Below are positions 8,748-18,153 of a stretch of 64,000 nucleotides of DNA, one piece after another. Made by a program: the position numbers and the translations under genes. The notes under the pieces were generated by a model. That model saw nothing but the letters and a program-made list of their open reading frames with translations. It ran no database searches and was not told where the DNA came from. Source of the stretch: an uncultured Verrucomicrobiota bacterium. Its GTDB lineage: Bacteria > Verrucomicrobiota > Verrucomicrobiia > Limisphaerales > UBA9464. The stretch is from NCBI GenBank assembly GCA_903910585.1, contig CAIWAH010000379.1, forward strand, positions 3,161 through 67,160, written 5' to 3'. The first letter of the stretch is position 1, and every line of letters begins with the position of its first letter.

Positions 8748-11700
8748 ATGAACTCGGAACCGTCCGTCCCGAAATGTCCCCAATGTGGCGCCGCCATCCC
8801 GGCGGATGCGCCGCAGGGCCTTTGCCCGCGCTGCGTGCTCCTGGGGGCCGCCACCGTGGCCGATGCCGGCCGGCCGATGCCGCGCACCGAGCCGCCGTCG
8901 CCGGACGCCCTGCGGGCCGCCTTCCCGCACCTGGAGATTGTCGAGCTGATCGGCCGCGGCGGCATGGGTTACGTTTACAAGGCGCGGCAGGCGAAGCTGG
9001 ACCGCACCGTCGCGCTCAAGCTGCTGCCGCTGGAATTGGGCGCCGATCCGCATTTCGCCGAACGCTTCCACCGCGAGGCCCGCGCGCTCGCCCGGCTGAA
9101 CCACCCGGGCATCGTGGCGGTTTACGACTTCGGGGTGAGCGCGGGCTTCTGTTACCTGCTCATGGAGTTCGTGGACGGCGTGAACCTGCGTCAGGCGATG
9201 CAGGCCGGACGCTTCTCGCCGGCGGCGGCGCTTGGCGTGGTGCCCAAGATCTGCGAGGCGCTCCAGTTCGCCCACGAGCAGGGCGTCCTGCACCGCGACA
9301 TCAAGCCGGAGAACATCCTGCTCGACGCCCACGGACGCGTGAAGATCGCCGACTTCGGCATCGCCAAGCTCGTGGGCGAGGACGCGCCGGACCTCACGCT
9401 CACGCTCAGCGGCGCGCGGCTGGGCACGCCGACCTACATGGCGCCGGAACAGATCGAACAGCCGTCCGCGGTGGATCACCGGGCGGACATCTATTCGCTG
9501 GGCGTCGTGTTCTACGAACTGCTGACGGGTGAACTGCCGCTGGGCCGGTTCGCCCCGCCGTCGGCGAAGGCCGCCCTCGACGCCCGCGTGGATGACATCG
9601 TGATGCGCGCCCTCGCCAAGGAACGGGAGCTGCGTCAGCAGTCCGCCGGCGACGTGAAGACGCAGGTGGAGACGGTGGCGCAGGCGCCCGCACCGGCAGC
9701 GTCCGCCGGACCCAATTCGCTCCGGGTGACTTCTGCCAAGCAGTGGATGCGGACCGCGGACGGCGAATACCGGTCCCCGCGGACGCTGTTCGGCCGGCCA
9801 GTGCTGCACATCGCCTTCGGCCGCGATCCGGCGACGGGACGGCCGCGGGTCGCGCGGGGGATCATCGCCATTGGCAGCCGGGCCGTGGGCGCACTGGCCA
9901 TCGGTGGTCAGGCCTGTGGCCTCGTGGCAATTGGCGGTCTCGCCTTGGGCGGGCTGGCGGTGGGCGGGTTGGGCGCGGGGGTGCTCGCGGTCGGCGGGCT
10001 GGCGGCCGGGGGAATCAGCGTGGGCGGGGTGAGTCTCGGCCTGCTGCTGGCGTTGGGCGGCCTCGCGATCGGCGGGAATGCCGCTGGAGGTCTGGCCATC
10101 GGCGAGGCGGCGGCGGGCGGGCTGGGATTGGGCAATGCCGTCTGGGACGCGCGGACGCAGCACCCCGATGCGGAGTGGCTGATGCGGCTGCTCCAGAGCC
10201 CGGGCCTGCGAATCATCCAATTCGCGGCGCTGCTTCTGGGTTCGCTGGTGCCCATCGGGGCGACCCTCTGGGCGCGCGGCGTCCTGGACTCGGGCCGCCG
10301 CCCCTTTGATTCCCGGTCACCCCGGCCACCGGTGCCGCCGGCGATGCGTCGGCTGGCGGGGTGGTTCTTCGCCGTTGGAGGACTGGCGTTCCTGCCCACC
10401 TTGGTTTCACTCGGCACGCCCGTGCGTAGCTTCAATTTGGGCAGCCTGCTCCTGCTGACCGGCTGGGCGCTGTGGTCGGCGAACGGCTGGGTCCGCCGGC
10501 TCGCGCTGCTTACGAACTGGGTGGGATTGTTCGCCAGCGTGATGGCGTGGGCGCTGGGCCTCGCCTGGCTGCTGCGGCGCGACGGCTTTCCCGGCTCCGG
10601 CATCGGGGTGCCGGGAGTGACGAACGATCCGGTTGCCACCATGATCATCGGGCTGCTGCAGCTCGGTGCCTTCTTCGCCGGACTGGTGGTCCTCCAACGC
10701 ACCGAAGTGCGGTCCGCGTGCGGTCTGCCCTCCTCTGGGGCCGGGGTCAGGCTGGCCGGTCGGGTGGCGATATGCCTCATGCTGGGCTTCGGGATTCTGC
10801 GGCTGCTGCGGTCCGGTTCCGTGGCGGTTGTGGACGACCGGGGACAGCCCGCGGCCATTCCCCAAATCCCTCCCGGCGGCGACCGGGCCTGGCTGCAGGT
10901 GAATTCGCCGGCGCAAACGCGGGTGCAGTTCACCGTGAACTGCTGGAGCAACGGTGTGCCGCGGCCATTGTCCGAGGGCGCGTGGTCGCCCGGGGAACTC
11001 ATCTTCGCCACCAACGTTCCCTTCCAGCAGTTCATCACCCGCGCGGTGCGTCCCGGCGGCGACGGCCAGACTTGGGACGTATCGGATTACGAGCCCGACG
11101 GCATAATGGGTGAACAGTGGACGGACTCCGGCATCCCGCTGACGGTGCCACTGCGGGCGGCCGCCCCTCACGGGACCGCGGTGCAGCTGAATCCCGGCGA
11201 CCGCCTGCGGCGCTGGCTGTTCCTGCCGGAAGCCGAGGCGCAGCAGGTCGCGGCCGGCGGCCCCGGGCCGGCGAATCCGACCTGGGGCGTTTCGATGGAT
11301 CTGAATTTGGCCATCGATTCGCCGTCCGCAGAGGCCCAGGAAGCGGAAATGGTATCGCGCCTGGAACTCCAGCTTCCCCAAGGACAGGCGACGGCCCTCC
11401 GAACTGTCGTTTGGATCAACGGCCGGTCCACGTCTCTGCCTGGTGCCGGCATGTCGCTGTTACCGGGATTGCTGAGTGAGCCCACCGTGCTCCATTGGCG
11501 CCTGCGCCGGCTGGATTCACCCTGTGACTGGGAACTGGTGGTCACCGGCGCACGAGACGAGAGGCTGCTGGGGCCCGTCCGCGTCAACTTGGGCACCAAC
11601 GTGACCGCTCTCCAACCGTCAGCGGAGACACGGTTGAGTCCAACCGCCGGCACGTTCAACCGCTGGTGGCCGTTCTTGCCGTCCTTTGTGAAGGGGCATG

Positions 11701-11801
11701 GCGTCACCAGTCCGGATTCAACGTTCGGCTGGGGCATCAGCGTGGATGTCGGGCCGCAGGAAGCGATGACGGGCTCCGGTGCCGGGATCCCCAAGCCATG
11801 A
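8748..11801 (+). CDS. Membrane Hanks-type Ser/Thr protein kinase with N-terminal Zn ribbon and Gly-rich hydrophobic repeats
   Basis: CPQC/CPRC, IGRGGMG, VALK, HRDIKPEN, DFG and GTPTYMAPE motifs; xAxGG repeats; several TM segments; soluble C-terminal region. Confidence 0.95.
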   Translation: MNSEPSVPKCPQCGAAIPADAPQGLCPRCVLLGAATVADAGRPMPRTEPPSPDALRAAFPHLEIVELIGRGGMGYVYKARQAKLDRTVALKLLPLELGADPHFAERFHREARALARLNHPGIVAVYDFGVSAGFCYLLMEFVDGVNLRQAMQAGRFSPAAALGVVPKICEALQFAHEQGVLHRDIKPENILLDAHGRVKIADFGIAKLVGEDAPDLTLTLSGARLGTPTYMAPEQIEQPSAVDHRADIYSLGVVFYELLTGELPLGRFAPPSAKAALDARVDDIVMRALAKERELRQQSAGDVKTQVETVAQAPAPAASAGPNSLRVTSAKQWMRTADGEYRSPRTLFGRPVLHIAFGRDPATGRPRVARGIIAIGSRAVGALAIGGQACGLVAIGGLALGGLAVGGLGAGVLAVGGLAAGGISVGGVSLGLLLALGGLAIGGNAAGGLAIGEAAAGGLGLGNAVWDARTQHPDAEWLMRLLQSPGLRIIQFAALLLGSLVPIGATLWARGVLDSGRRPFDSRSPRPPVPPAMRRLAGWFFAVGGLAFLPTLVSLGTPVRSFNLGSLLLLTGWALWSANGWVRRLALLTNWVGLFASVMAWALGLAWLLRRDGFPGSGIGVPGVTNDPVATMIIGLLQLGAFFAGLVVLQRTEVRSACGLPSSGAGVRLAGRVAICLMLGFGILRLLRSGSVAVVDDRGQPAAIPQIPPGGDRAWLQVNSPAQTRVQFTVNCWSNGVPRPLSEGAWSPGELIFATNVPFQQFITRAVRPGGDGQTWDVSDYEPDGIMGEQWTDSGIPLTVPLRAAAPHGTAVQLNPGDRLRRWLFLPEAEAQQVAAGGPGPANPTWGVSMDLNLAIDSPSAEAQEAEMVSRLELQLPQGQATALRTVVWINGRSTSLPGAGMSLLPGLLSEPTVLHWRLRRLDSPCDWELVVTGARDERLLGPVRVNLGTNVTALQPSAETRLSPTAGTFNRWWPFLPSFVKGHGVTSPDSTFGWGISVDVGPQEAMTGSGAGIPKP

Positions 11802-12514
11802 CCAGTGATGCCAACAGCTTCGCCCCCACCCGCTGGACGCTGGTCCTCGAAGCCCGGGGCGGTTCGCCGGCGGCGCAGGCGGCATTGAGCGAGCTGTGCG
11901 GGGCCTATTACCAACCCGTGTTCCGCTTCCTCCAGCGCGAGGGGCGGAGCGAGGACACGGCCCGCGAGCTGACCCAGGAATTCTTCGCCCGGCTGCTGGC
12001 GCGCGACGGCTTCGCCACGGCGGACCCGGCCCGGGGACGTTTCCGGTCGTTCCTGCTGGGCGCATTGAAGCACTTTCTCGGCGATCAGCACGTCCGCGAG
12101 CGGGCCGCCAAACGCGGTGGCGGGGCCATGCATGAACCGTTGCCGGAAGCCTCCGACACGTCGCCCGGCCGGGAACTTGCCGCGCCGGAACCGGCGTCTT
12201 CCGAGGCGTGGTTCGACCGCCAGTGGGCGCTGGCCATCATGGACCGGGCGCTCGGCACCCTGGCGGCGGAGCAGGCCGCCGCGGGCAAGGCCGATCAGTT
12301 TGAACGGCTGAAACCGTGGCTGGTCGGCGCGGCTGCGGCGCAGGCGGATATAGCTGCCCAACTCGGCTGGAGCGAAGGCGCGCTCAAGGTGGCCGTGCAC
12401 CGCCTGCGCCGGCGCTTCCGCGAACTGGTGCGCGCGGAGATCGCCCAGACGGTGCCGGCCTTCGCCGAGGTGGATGCCGAGCTGCGGTATCTGGTCGAAG
12501 TCCTTTCCGCCTAG
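11798..12514 (+). CDS. ECF sigma-70 factor of the kinase-associated type
   Basis: FAPTRWTLVL, ELTQEFF, GRFRSFLL, RGGG and sigma-4 ALKVAVHRLRRR motifs; ATGA overlap with the kinase stop. Confidence 0.9.
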   Translation: MTSDANSFAPTRWTLVLEARGGSPAAQAALSELCGAYYQPVFRFLQREGRSEDTARELTQEFFARLLARDGFATADPARGRFRSFLLGALKHFLGDQHVRERAAKRGGGAMHEPLPEASDTSPGRELAAPEPASSEAWFDRQWALAIMDRALGTLAAEQAAAGKADQFERLKPWLVGAAAAQADIAAQLGWSEGALKVAVHRLRRRFRELVRAEIAQTVPAFAEVDAELRYLVEVLSA

Positions 12515-12639
12515 CCGCGGCGCGGGGTTCCATTCCGTTTGCGGCAGGGGGCGGTTCCGGCCGGTGGCGCCCCTCCGATTGAACGTTCCGCGTCGTCCGT
12601 TGCCAGAGCGCGCGGGCGACCGTAGCTTGCCCCGCTTTC

Positions 12640-14025
12640 ATGGAGTCCGTCCTCAACGTGATCTACACCGGCATCGCGGTGCTGGTGCTGTTTGGTGCCA
12701 GCATCTTCGTGCACGAATACGGCCATTTCTGGATGGCCCGGCGGCGCGGCATGAAGATCGACGGCTTCTCGATCGGCTTCGGCCCGAAGATCGTGAGCTG
12801 GCGCGACAAGCACGGCGTCGAGTGGGCCCTGCGCTGGATCCCCGCGGGCGGCTTCGTGAAACTGCCGCAAATGATCACGTCGGAGGCGATCGAGGGGAAG
12901 GCCGCCGCCGAGGTGCCGCCGATCTCACCGTTGACCAAGATTCTCGTCGCGGTCGCCGGACCGCTGATGAACGTCGCCTTTGCCCTGCTCATTGCGTCGC
13001 TCGTCTGGGCGATCGGCCTGCCGGTGCCGGTCAATCCGTCCATCATCGGCCGGGTGCTGCCGGATTCCGTGGAGGGCAAGCTGGGGCTGAAGAGCGGGGA
13101 CCGCATCGTCGCGGTCAACGGTCACCCGGTGAAGTCGTGGCAGGAGATCAACCTCGAGGTCGTCACCGCACTCACCAACGTCGTGCCGGTCACCGTCGCG
13201 CGGGACTCGGAACGGTTCACGGTCAGCATCCCGACCAAGAAGTCCGAGACGCTCGGGCTCAAGTATCTCGATCTCGAGCCGCAGGAACGGCCGATCGTCG
13301 GCATCGTCCAGCCGAACATGCCCGCCGCGGGCATCGGCCTGCAGACCGGCGACAAGATTCTGTCCTTTGACGGCATCTACGTGCTCAACCAGGAGCACCT
13401 CACCGAGATCGTGAACCGCGGCCAGGGCCGCGCCTGCGAGATTGTGATCGAGCGCGGCGGCCAGACGCTCACCCTGAAGGTCACGCCCGTCTATGATCCG
13501 GAGACGAAGCGCGGCCGGATCGGCATCGGCTTTGCCGGCGGCCACTACGAACTCCAGCGGCCCGGCCCGACGCCCGCGGAGCAGATCAGCGGCGTGCTGC
13601 GGATGATGGGCAAGACCTTCTGGGCGCTGTTCCATCCGGCCCAGACCGGCGTGACCCCGAAGGACATGAGCGGTCCGGCGGGCATCCTCGGCAAGCTGGC
13701 GGTGGACGTGAACACCGACTTCCGCCTCGCGCTCGGCTTCATGGTGATGCTGAACATCAACCTCGCGCTGCTGAACCTCCTGCCGCTGCCCGTGCTCGAC
13801 GGCGGGCACATCACGATGGCGCTCTACGAAATCGTGATGCGCCGCCGGGTGAGCGTGCGGTTCCAGGAATGGGCGACGACGGCGTTCGCGGTGCTGCTGC
13901 TGTCGTTCATGGCCTACGTCTCGTTCTTCGACGTCCGGCGCCTGCCGCTGTTCCTGCAGCTCTTCAAGCAGACGCCGGTAATCGAGCAGTCCGGCAGCCA
14001 GCCAGCGACGCCGCCGGCGAAGTGA
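12640..14025 (+). CDS. rseP: RIP metalloprotease RseP
   Basis: HEYGH, FSIGFGP, two PDZ-like regions and NLLPLPVLDGG. Confidence 0.95.
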   Translation: MESVLNVIYTGIAVLVLFGASIFVHEYGHFWMARRRGMKIDGFSIGFGPKIVSWRDKHGVEWALRWIPAGGFVKLPQMITSEAIEGKAAAEVPPISPLTKILVAVAGPLMNVAFALLIASLVWAIGLPVPVNPSIIGRVLPDSVEGKLGLKSGDRIVAVNGHPVKSWQEINLEVVTALTNVVPVTVARDSERFTVSIPTKKSETLGLKYLDLEPQERPIVGIVQPNMPAAGIGLQTGDKILSFDGIYVLNQEHLTEIVNRGQGRACEIVIERGGQTLTLKVTPVYDPETKRGRIGIGFAGGHYELQRPGPTPAEQISGVLRMMGKTFWALFHPAQTGVTPKDMSGPAGILGKLAVDVNTDFRLALGFMVMLNINLALLNLLPLPVLDGGHITMALYEIVMRRRVSVRFQEWATTAFAVLLLSFMAYVSFFDVRRLPLFLQLFKQTPVIEQSGSQPATPPAK

Positions 14026-14029
14026 GCGA

Positions 14030-14443
14030 GTGGCGCCGGTTCCGGTCGTGTCCATCGCCAACGACAATCAGTCTGTGAGCACTGCGCCGCGAATTCTCGG
14101 GCTTGCAATGCTGCTGGTGCTCCTCGCCAGTGCGTGCACGCATCCGGCAAGTCCGGCGGGCAAACCCAACTCGTCTGGAGATCCGGAAATCGCTGGCCAC
14201 ACGTTCTCGGGTGCCCGGTTGAGCGAGGCGGAAGTCACTCGGCTCGCGCGGCAGTGTGCCAAGCGTGATGGCATTCGTCTGCGCGACTACAGGTCGCCCA
14301 AGGTCACCTTCAAAGTTCGGCGCGGGACACCGACTTGGGTGGTGAGTTTCGAGCGAGACGCAGAGTATCAGTATCCGGGCAGTTGCTTTGACGTGTTTGT
14401 CGACGATCAAACTGCCGAAGCGATTTTGGTGCGCTGCGAATGA
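14030..14443 (+). CDS. Hypothetical lipoprotein
   Basis: LLVLLASAC lipobox. The true start is probably downstream of the ORF start (14075 or 14108). Confidence 0.55.
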   Translation: MAPVPVVSIANDNQSVSTAPRILGLAMLLVLLASACTHPASPAGKPNSSGDPEIAGHTFSGARLSEAEVTRLARQCAKRDGIRLRDYRSPKVTFKVRRGTPTWVVSFERDAEYQYPGSCFDVFVDDQTAEAILVRCE

Positions 14444-14517
14444 ACGCTCCGAACCCGAACGCCGGAGTGAAATGTCGCACTAGCGTCACGGGCCAGGCCA
14501 ACGGCCGGCGACAAGTC

Positions 14518-14646
14518 AGCCCAGGGCAGCGCCCTGGGTAGCTGGACCGGATCCGGGGCAGCCCTGAAAGGGCGACCCCATTTGTCCCGCCCTTTCAGGG
14601 CTTGGGGCTCCTACGCACTTGCCTACCCAGGGCGTTGCCCTGGGCT
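14518..14646. repeat. Nested palindromic REP-like element (family 5)
   Basis: Outer arms AGCCCAGGGCAGCGCCCTGGGTA (14518-14540) and TACCCAGGGCGTTGCCCTGGGCT (14624-14646) enclose GCCCTGAAAGGGCG (14561-14574) and CGCCCTTTCAGGGC (14588-14601). Confidence 0.85.
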
Positions 14647-14732
14647 CGCTTGTCCCGCTCCTGCGGAGCTTCAGCTTCGGCGTTCGGGCTAAATCGTTGC
14701 TCGCGACCAAGCTCAGCTCTGTCTGCCAGACG

Positions 14733-14765
14733 AAAACGGCGGGGAGCCCCACAGACTCCCCGCCG
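14733..14765 (-). terminator. Intrinsic terminator of the minus-strand heme-binding protein gene
   Basis: 10-bp stem CGGCGGGGAG/CTCCCCGCCG followed by TTTT on the minus strand, 35 nt after the stop. Confidence 0.65.
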
Positions 14766-14799
14766 CCGAGTTCCTGAAAATGTTCGCCGTGCTTGGCGC

Positions 14800-17700
14800 C
14801 TACGGCTGGAACACCGCGTGTTTGGGATCGCCGCCGGATTGCAGGTAGGCGAGCAGGTCGCGGAGTTCCTCGGCGTTCAGCGCGTTGATCAGGCCGGCCG
14901 GCATCAGCGATACCGGATAGGGCTTCCGCGCCTTCACTTCGGTCAGGGCCACCGAACTCGCCTCATCGGGGTTCCGCGGGTCGGCGGTGACGACGAGCTT
15001 GCCGTTGTCCACGTAGGCGCGGCCCACGAGCGTGGAACCGTCGGCGAGCTCGATTTCCTCCGAGCCGTATTGGTCCGAGATCACCTTCGAGGGTTCGACG
15101 ATGTTCTCCACCAGGTCGCGCAGGGTGTAGCGGGAGGCGACGCCGGTGAGGTCCGGTCCCACGCCGCCGCCGGCCCCGTCGAAGCGATGGCAGGCGGCGC
15201 AGCCGGTCGAGTGGAACATGGCGCGGCCCTGTTGGAAGTTGCGGCCGCGGAGCTTGCCGGCGGCCAGTTCGGCGGCCTCGTCGGTCGAGTAGGCCCGGCC
15301 GGGTCCCTTGGGCGCGGCGAACTGCGGGTCCGAACCGGCGGGCTTGGCGGTGGCCAGGGTTTCGAGCGCGGCGCGTTCGGCAGCATCCGTGACCGTGGCG
15401 AGGGCGTCCTTGCGGATGTTGTCGAGGAAGCCGCGGAAGCTGTTGCCGCCCTGCCACGGCGCGGTGCGGGGGAACCAGGCGAAGAACGCCTTGCGCAGCG
15501 CCGGGGTCCAGCCGGCCTTGGCCTCGCGCAGGAGGTAAGCGTAGGCGATCTGTTCCTGGTTGGGCCGGCTGCTGGCGGTCTGGGCGAAGGCGCTGCCGTA
15601 ACCGCGGTTGCGCTCCAGCAGGGCGTCGCTGGCGTAGCGCAGGTCCGCGTCGTTGGCCGTGAGCATGAGGGAAACGGCCTTGGGCACGACGCCGGGGGCG
15701 CCGAGTCGGATGAGCGTGCCGGTGAGTTCCCGGTTCAACGCCCGGCTGCCGGAGGGGAGTTCGGCGTCCAGCCGGCGGACGGTGGCCTTGAGCAAATCGC
15801 CTTCGGGCAGACCGCGCCGGATCAATGTCACCTGGTAGGCGCGCACGGTGGCGAGCCGGCCGGCCTCGTTGAGCGACTTGAAGTCCAGCCGGTTGAGCTG
15901 CGTGAGAATCCGGTCGCGATGTTCGGCACCGCCGACCCGCGCCAGCGCGAGGCCGCCTTCAATGACGGCCCAGGGACGCGTTTCGGCGGACAACCGGTCC
16001 GCCCAAGCGGTTACTGGCTGACGTTCCACGGCCACCCGGGCGGCGTAACGGATCCAGCGGTCTTCGCTGCCGAGGTGCGGCCACGCCTTCGCGATGGCCT
16101 CGGGGCCGGTGCCGTCGTTGTGCAGGGCTTCCAGTTCATGGCGCAGCTTGTGATCGGCGCTCAGCGGCGGAGCCGGGACAGGGTCGGTGCTCGACATGCC
16201 CGTGTAGGTGACGCGGTAAACGGCCGACTGGGTGCCCCGGCCGCCGATGGCGAAATACATCGCGCCATCCTGCGGATGAATCAGCAGATCGGTAAGGGGC
16301 AGGGGACGGCCGCTTAGGAATTCCTCCTTCTCCGCGCGGTAGCCGGCACCTTCCGGGACGAGGTGGATCGCATACATGGTCCCGTAGGTCCAATCGTTGG
16401 CAAAGATCGCGTGCTGGTAGCGCGCCGGGAACTTCGCGCCCTGGCCGGACACAACGCCCGTGGGACTGCCCGGGCCGATGTCCGCAAGTGCAGGCAGGCT
16501 GTCGGGATAGTAGGTCGGCCATTTGCCGGCGCCGGACCGCCAGCCCAGGTCGCTGCCGCTGGGTGCCATCGAGACGCGGGTCGGCCGATACCACGGCATG
16601 CCGGCGTCCCATTCCATGTCGGAGTCGTAGGTGAAGAGGTCGCCCCACGCGTTGAAGGCGAGGTCGTATTCGTTGCGGTAGCCGTAGCTCACCAGCTCGA
16701 AGGTCTTGCCGTCGGGATCGGTGCGGCAGATGTAGCCGCCGGGCGCGAGCACGCCGCGGGCATGCCCGTTGGCATCCCAGAGCCGCGTGACGATCTGATC
16801 CTCATCCCAGGCGCGGGCCGGCCGGGAAAGCTCCATGTGATCGGGCAGCTTGGTGTGGTTGCCGATCGCCATGTAGAGCGACTTGCCGTCGGGCGACAGC
16901 ACGATGCCGTGCGGGCCGTGTTCGCCGCCGCCCTCGATCTTGCGCAGGAACTTCTCCTCGTCGAAACGGTCATCGCCGTCCGTATCGCGCAGGCGCCAGA
17001 GGCCCTGGCGGCCGCCCTGCTCGTTGACCATCACGTAGAGGCTGTCGAAGGCGTAAAGCAGGCCGTGGGCGCCGCCGACCGAGTTGGTGAGCTTCTCGAT
17101 CGCCGCCGTGCCGCCGGGAGCCGGAAGCGTGAGCCGGAACATCCCGCCGCCCTGGTCGCACGCGATGAGGCGGCCCTTTGGGTCCACGGTCATGCTGACC
17201 CAGGAACCTTCCTCGGACTTGGGCACCGCATGGATGAGTTCGACCCGGAAACCCGGGCGCACCTGGATCTCTTCCACCGGCGTGGCCCGGGCCGGTCCGG
17301 ACGGAGCGCCGGCTTCGGCCAGCGCCTCACCCCACGGCGCGTCGCCGTATTGGCCGACGACCTTGGCGGGCTTCCAGTCATTGCGGCCGGGCACCGTGGC
17401 CTCCCACGAGGCGTCGGTTTCGAGGAAGGATTCCTTGCCGTCGCCGGTCTTCAGGCGCAGGCGCGCGACCAAGCCGGCCACGCTGCCCTCGTTGCGGCCC
17501 TCGACCCGGAACTCATGGCGGCCGGGCGAAAGGTGCTTCGTCAGGCTGAGCTTCACCGGCTGGTTCCAGTCGGCATTGGTCAGGACCGCCTTGCCGTCGA
17601 GGAACACCTTTGCGCCATTGTCACAGGTGAGGAACAGCGTGGCGTCGCGCAGGCCTTCCGGCACCTCGAAGGCGCGGCGGAAGTTCGCGGCGTTGTCGCT

Positions 17701-17814
17701 GCCGGGGCCCTCGGCCCAGATCCACGAGGCGGCGGCGTGAAGTTGCGGGGAAAACGCGCCGGCCAGCAGCCCGACGGCGCTCCATGAAACCAGATTCCTG
17801 AACGTGGGAAGCAT
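14800..17814 (-). CDS. PVC-type heme-binding CxxCH protein (beta-sandwich, dehydrogenase-like propeller, HEAT, cytochrome c)
   Basis: Signal peptide, DTDGDDRFD, EHGPHG, GYRN, CAACH, GPDLT and SLMP motifs. Confidence 0.9.
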   Translation of the reverse strand: MLPTFRNLVSWSAVGLLAGAFSPQLHAAASWIWAEGPGSDNAANFRRAFEVPEGLRDATLFLTCDNGAKVFLDGKAVLTNADWNQPVKLSLTKHLSPGRHEFRVEGRNEGSVAGLVARLRLKTGDGKESFLETDASWEATVPGRNDWKPAKVVGQYGDAPWGEALAEAGAPSGPARATPVEEIQVRPGFRVELIHAVPKSEEGSWVSMTVDPKGRLIACDQGGGMFRLTLPAPGGTAAIEKLTNSVGGAHGLLYAFDSLYVMVNEQGGRQGLWRLRDTDGDDRFDEEKFLRKIEGGGEHGPHGIVLSPDGKSLYMAIGNHTKLPDHMELSRPARAWDEDQIVTRLWDANGHARGVLAPGGYICRTDPDGKTFELVSYGYRNEYDLAFNAWGDLFTYDSDMEWDAGMPWYRPTRVSMAPSGSDLGWRSGAGKWPTYYPDSLPALADIGPGSPTGVVSGQGAKFPARYQHAIFANDWTYGTMYAIHLVPEGAGYRAEKEEFLSGRPLPLTDLLIHPQDGAMYFAIGGRGTQSAVYRVTYTGMSSTDPVPAPPLSADHKLRHELEALHNDGTGPEAIAKAWPHLGSEDRWIRYAARVAVERQPVTAWADRLSAETRPWAVIEGGLALARVGGAEHRDRILTQLNRLDFKSLNEAGRLATVRAYQVTLIRRGLPEGDLLKATVRRLDAELPSGSRALNRELTGTLIRLGAPGVVPKAVSLMLTANDADLRYASDALLERNRGYGSAFAQTASSRPNQEQIAYAYLLREAKAGWTPALRKAFFAWFPRTAPWQGGNSFRGFLDNIRKDALATVTDAAERAALETLATAKPAGSDPQFAAPKGPGRAYSTDEAAELAAGKLRGRNFQQGRAMFHSTGCAACHRFDGAGGGVGPDLTGVASRYTLRDLVENIVEPSKVISDQYGSEEIELADGSTLVGRAYVDNGKLVVTADPRNPDEASSVALTEVKARKPYPVSLMPAGLINALNAEELRDLLAYLQSGGDPKHAVFQP

Positions 17815-17935
17815 GGACAACCGTAGGCGGGGAAGGGCCCCGCGATTCAAGACCCGATTCGGGCCAAGAGCGGCTCGGAGCGTATTTGTTCACAGCGCTC
17901 AACGGGCAGAGGCTTGGGGCGCTGACGGGGTGTTG

Positions 17936-18144
17936 CCAAAGTGCTGCCGGCATCTTGCCGGCAGGCCCCGTGAAACGGTGCGGACTGCCCCGGTGAACGG
18001 GCAGGGCGGGCTTCAGCTCTGGCCGCAGGCCACCGGGCCCGGAGTGGGTTTTCGCCCAAAGTCACCGGCCCGATCCGGCAGCCGGGTTCGGATTCGTGGC
18101 CGACCGGTGCCGCCGCTGCCAGCAAGCTGCCGGCAGCACTTTGG
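17936..18144. repeat. Inverted REP pair related to family 2, with 151-bp spacer
   Basis: CCAAAGTGCTGCCGGCATCTTGCCGGCAG (17936-17964) matches the reverse complement of 18116-18144 at 27/29 nt. Confidence 0.85.
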
Positions 18145-18153
18145 GGCGGCCGC

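Noticed and set aside
9870-10135. DNA tandem repeat in the kinase Gly-rich region
   Set aside because: The periodicity is at the protein level with varied codons, so it is not a DNA repeat element.
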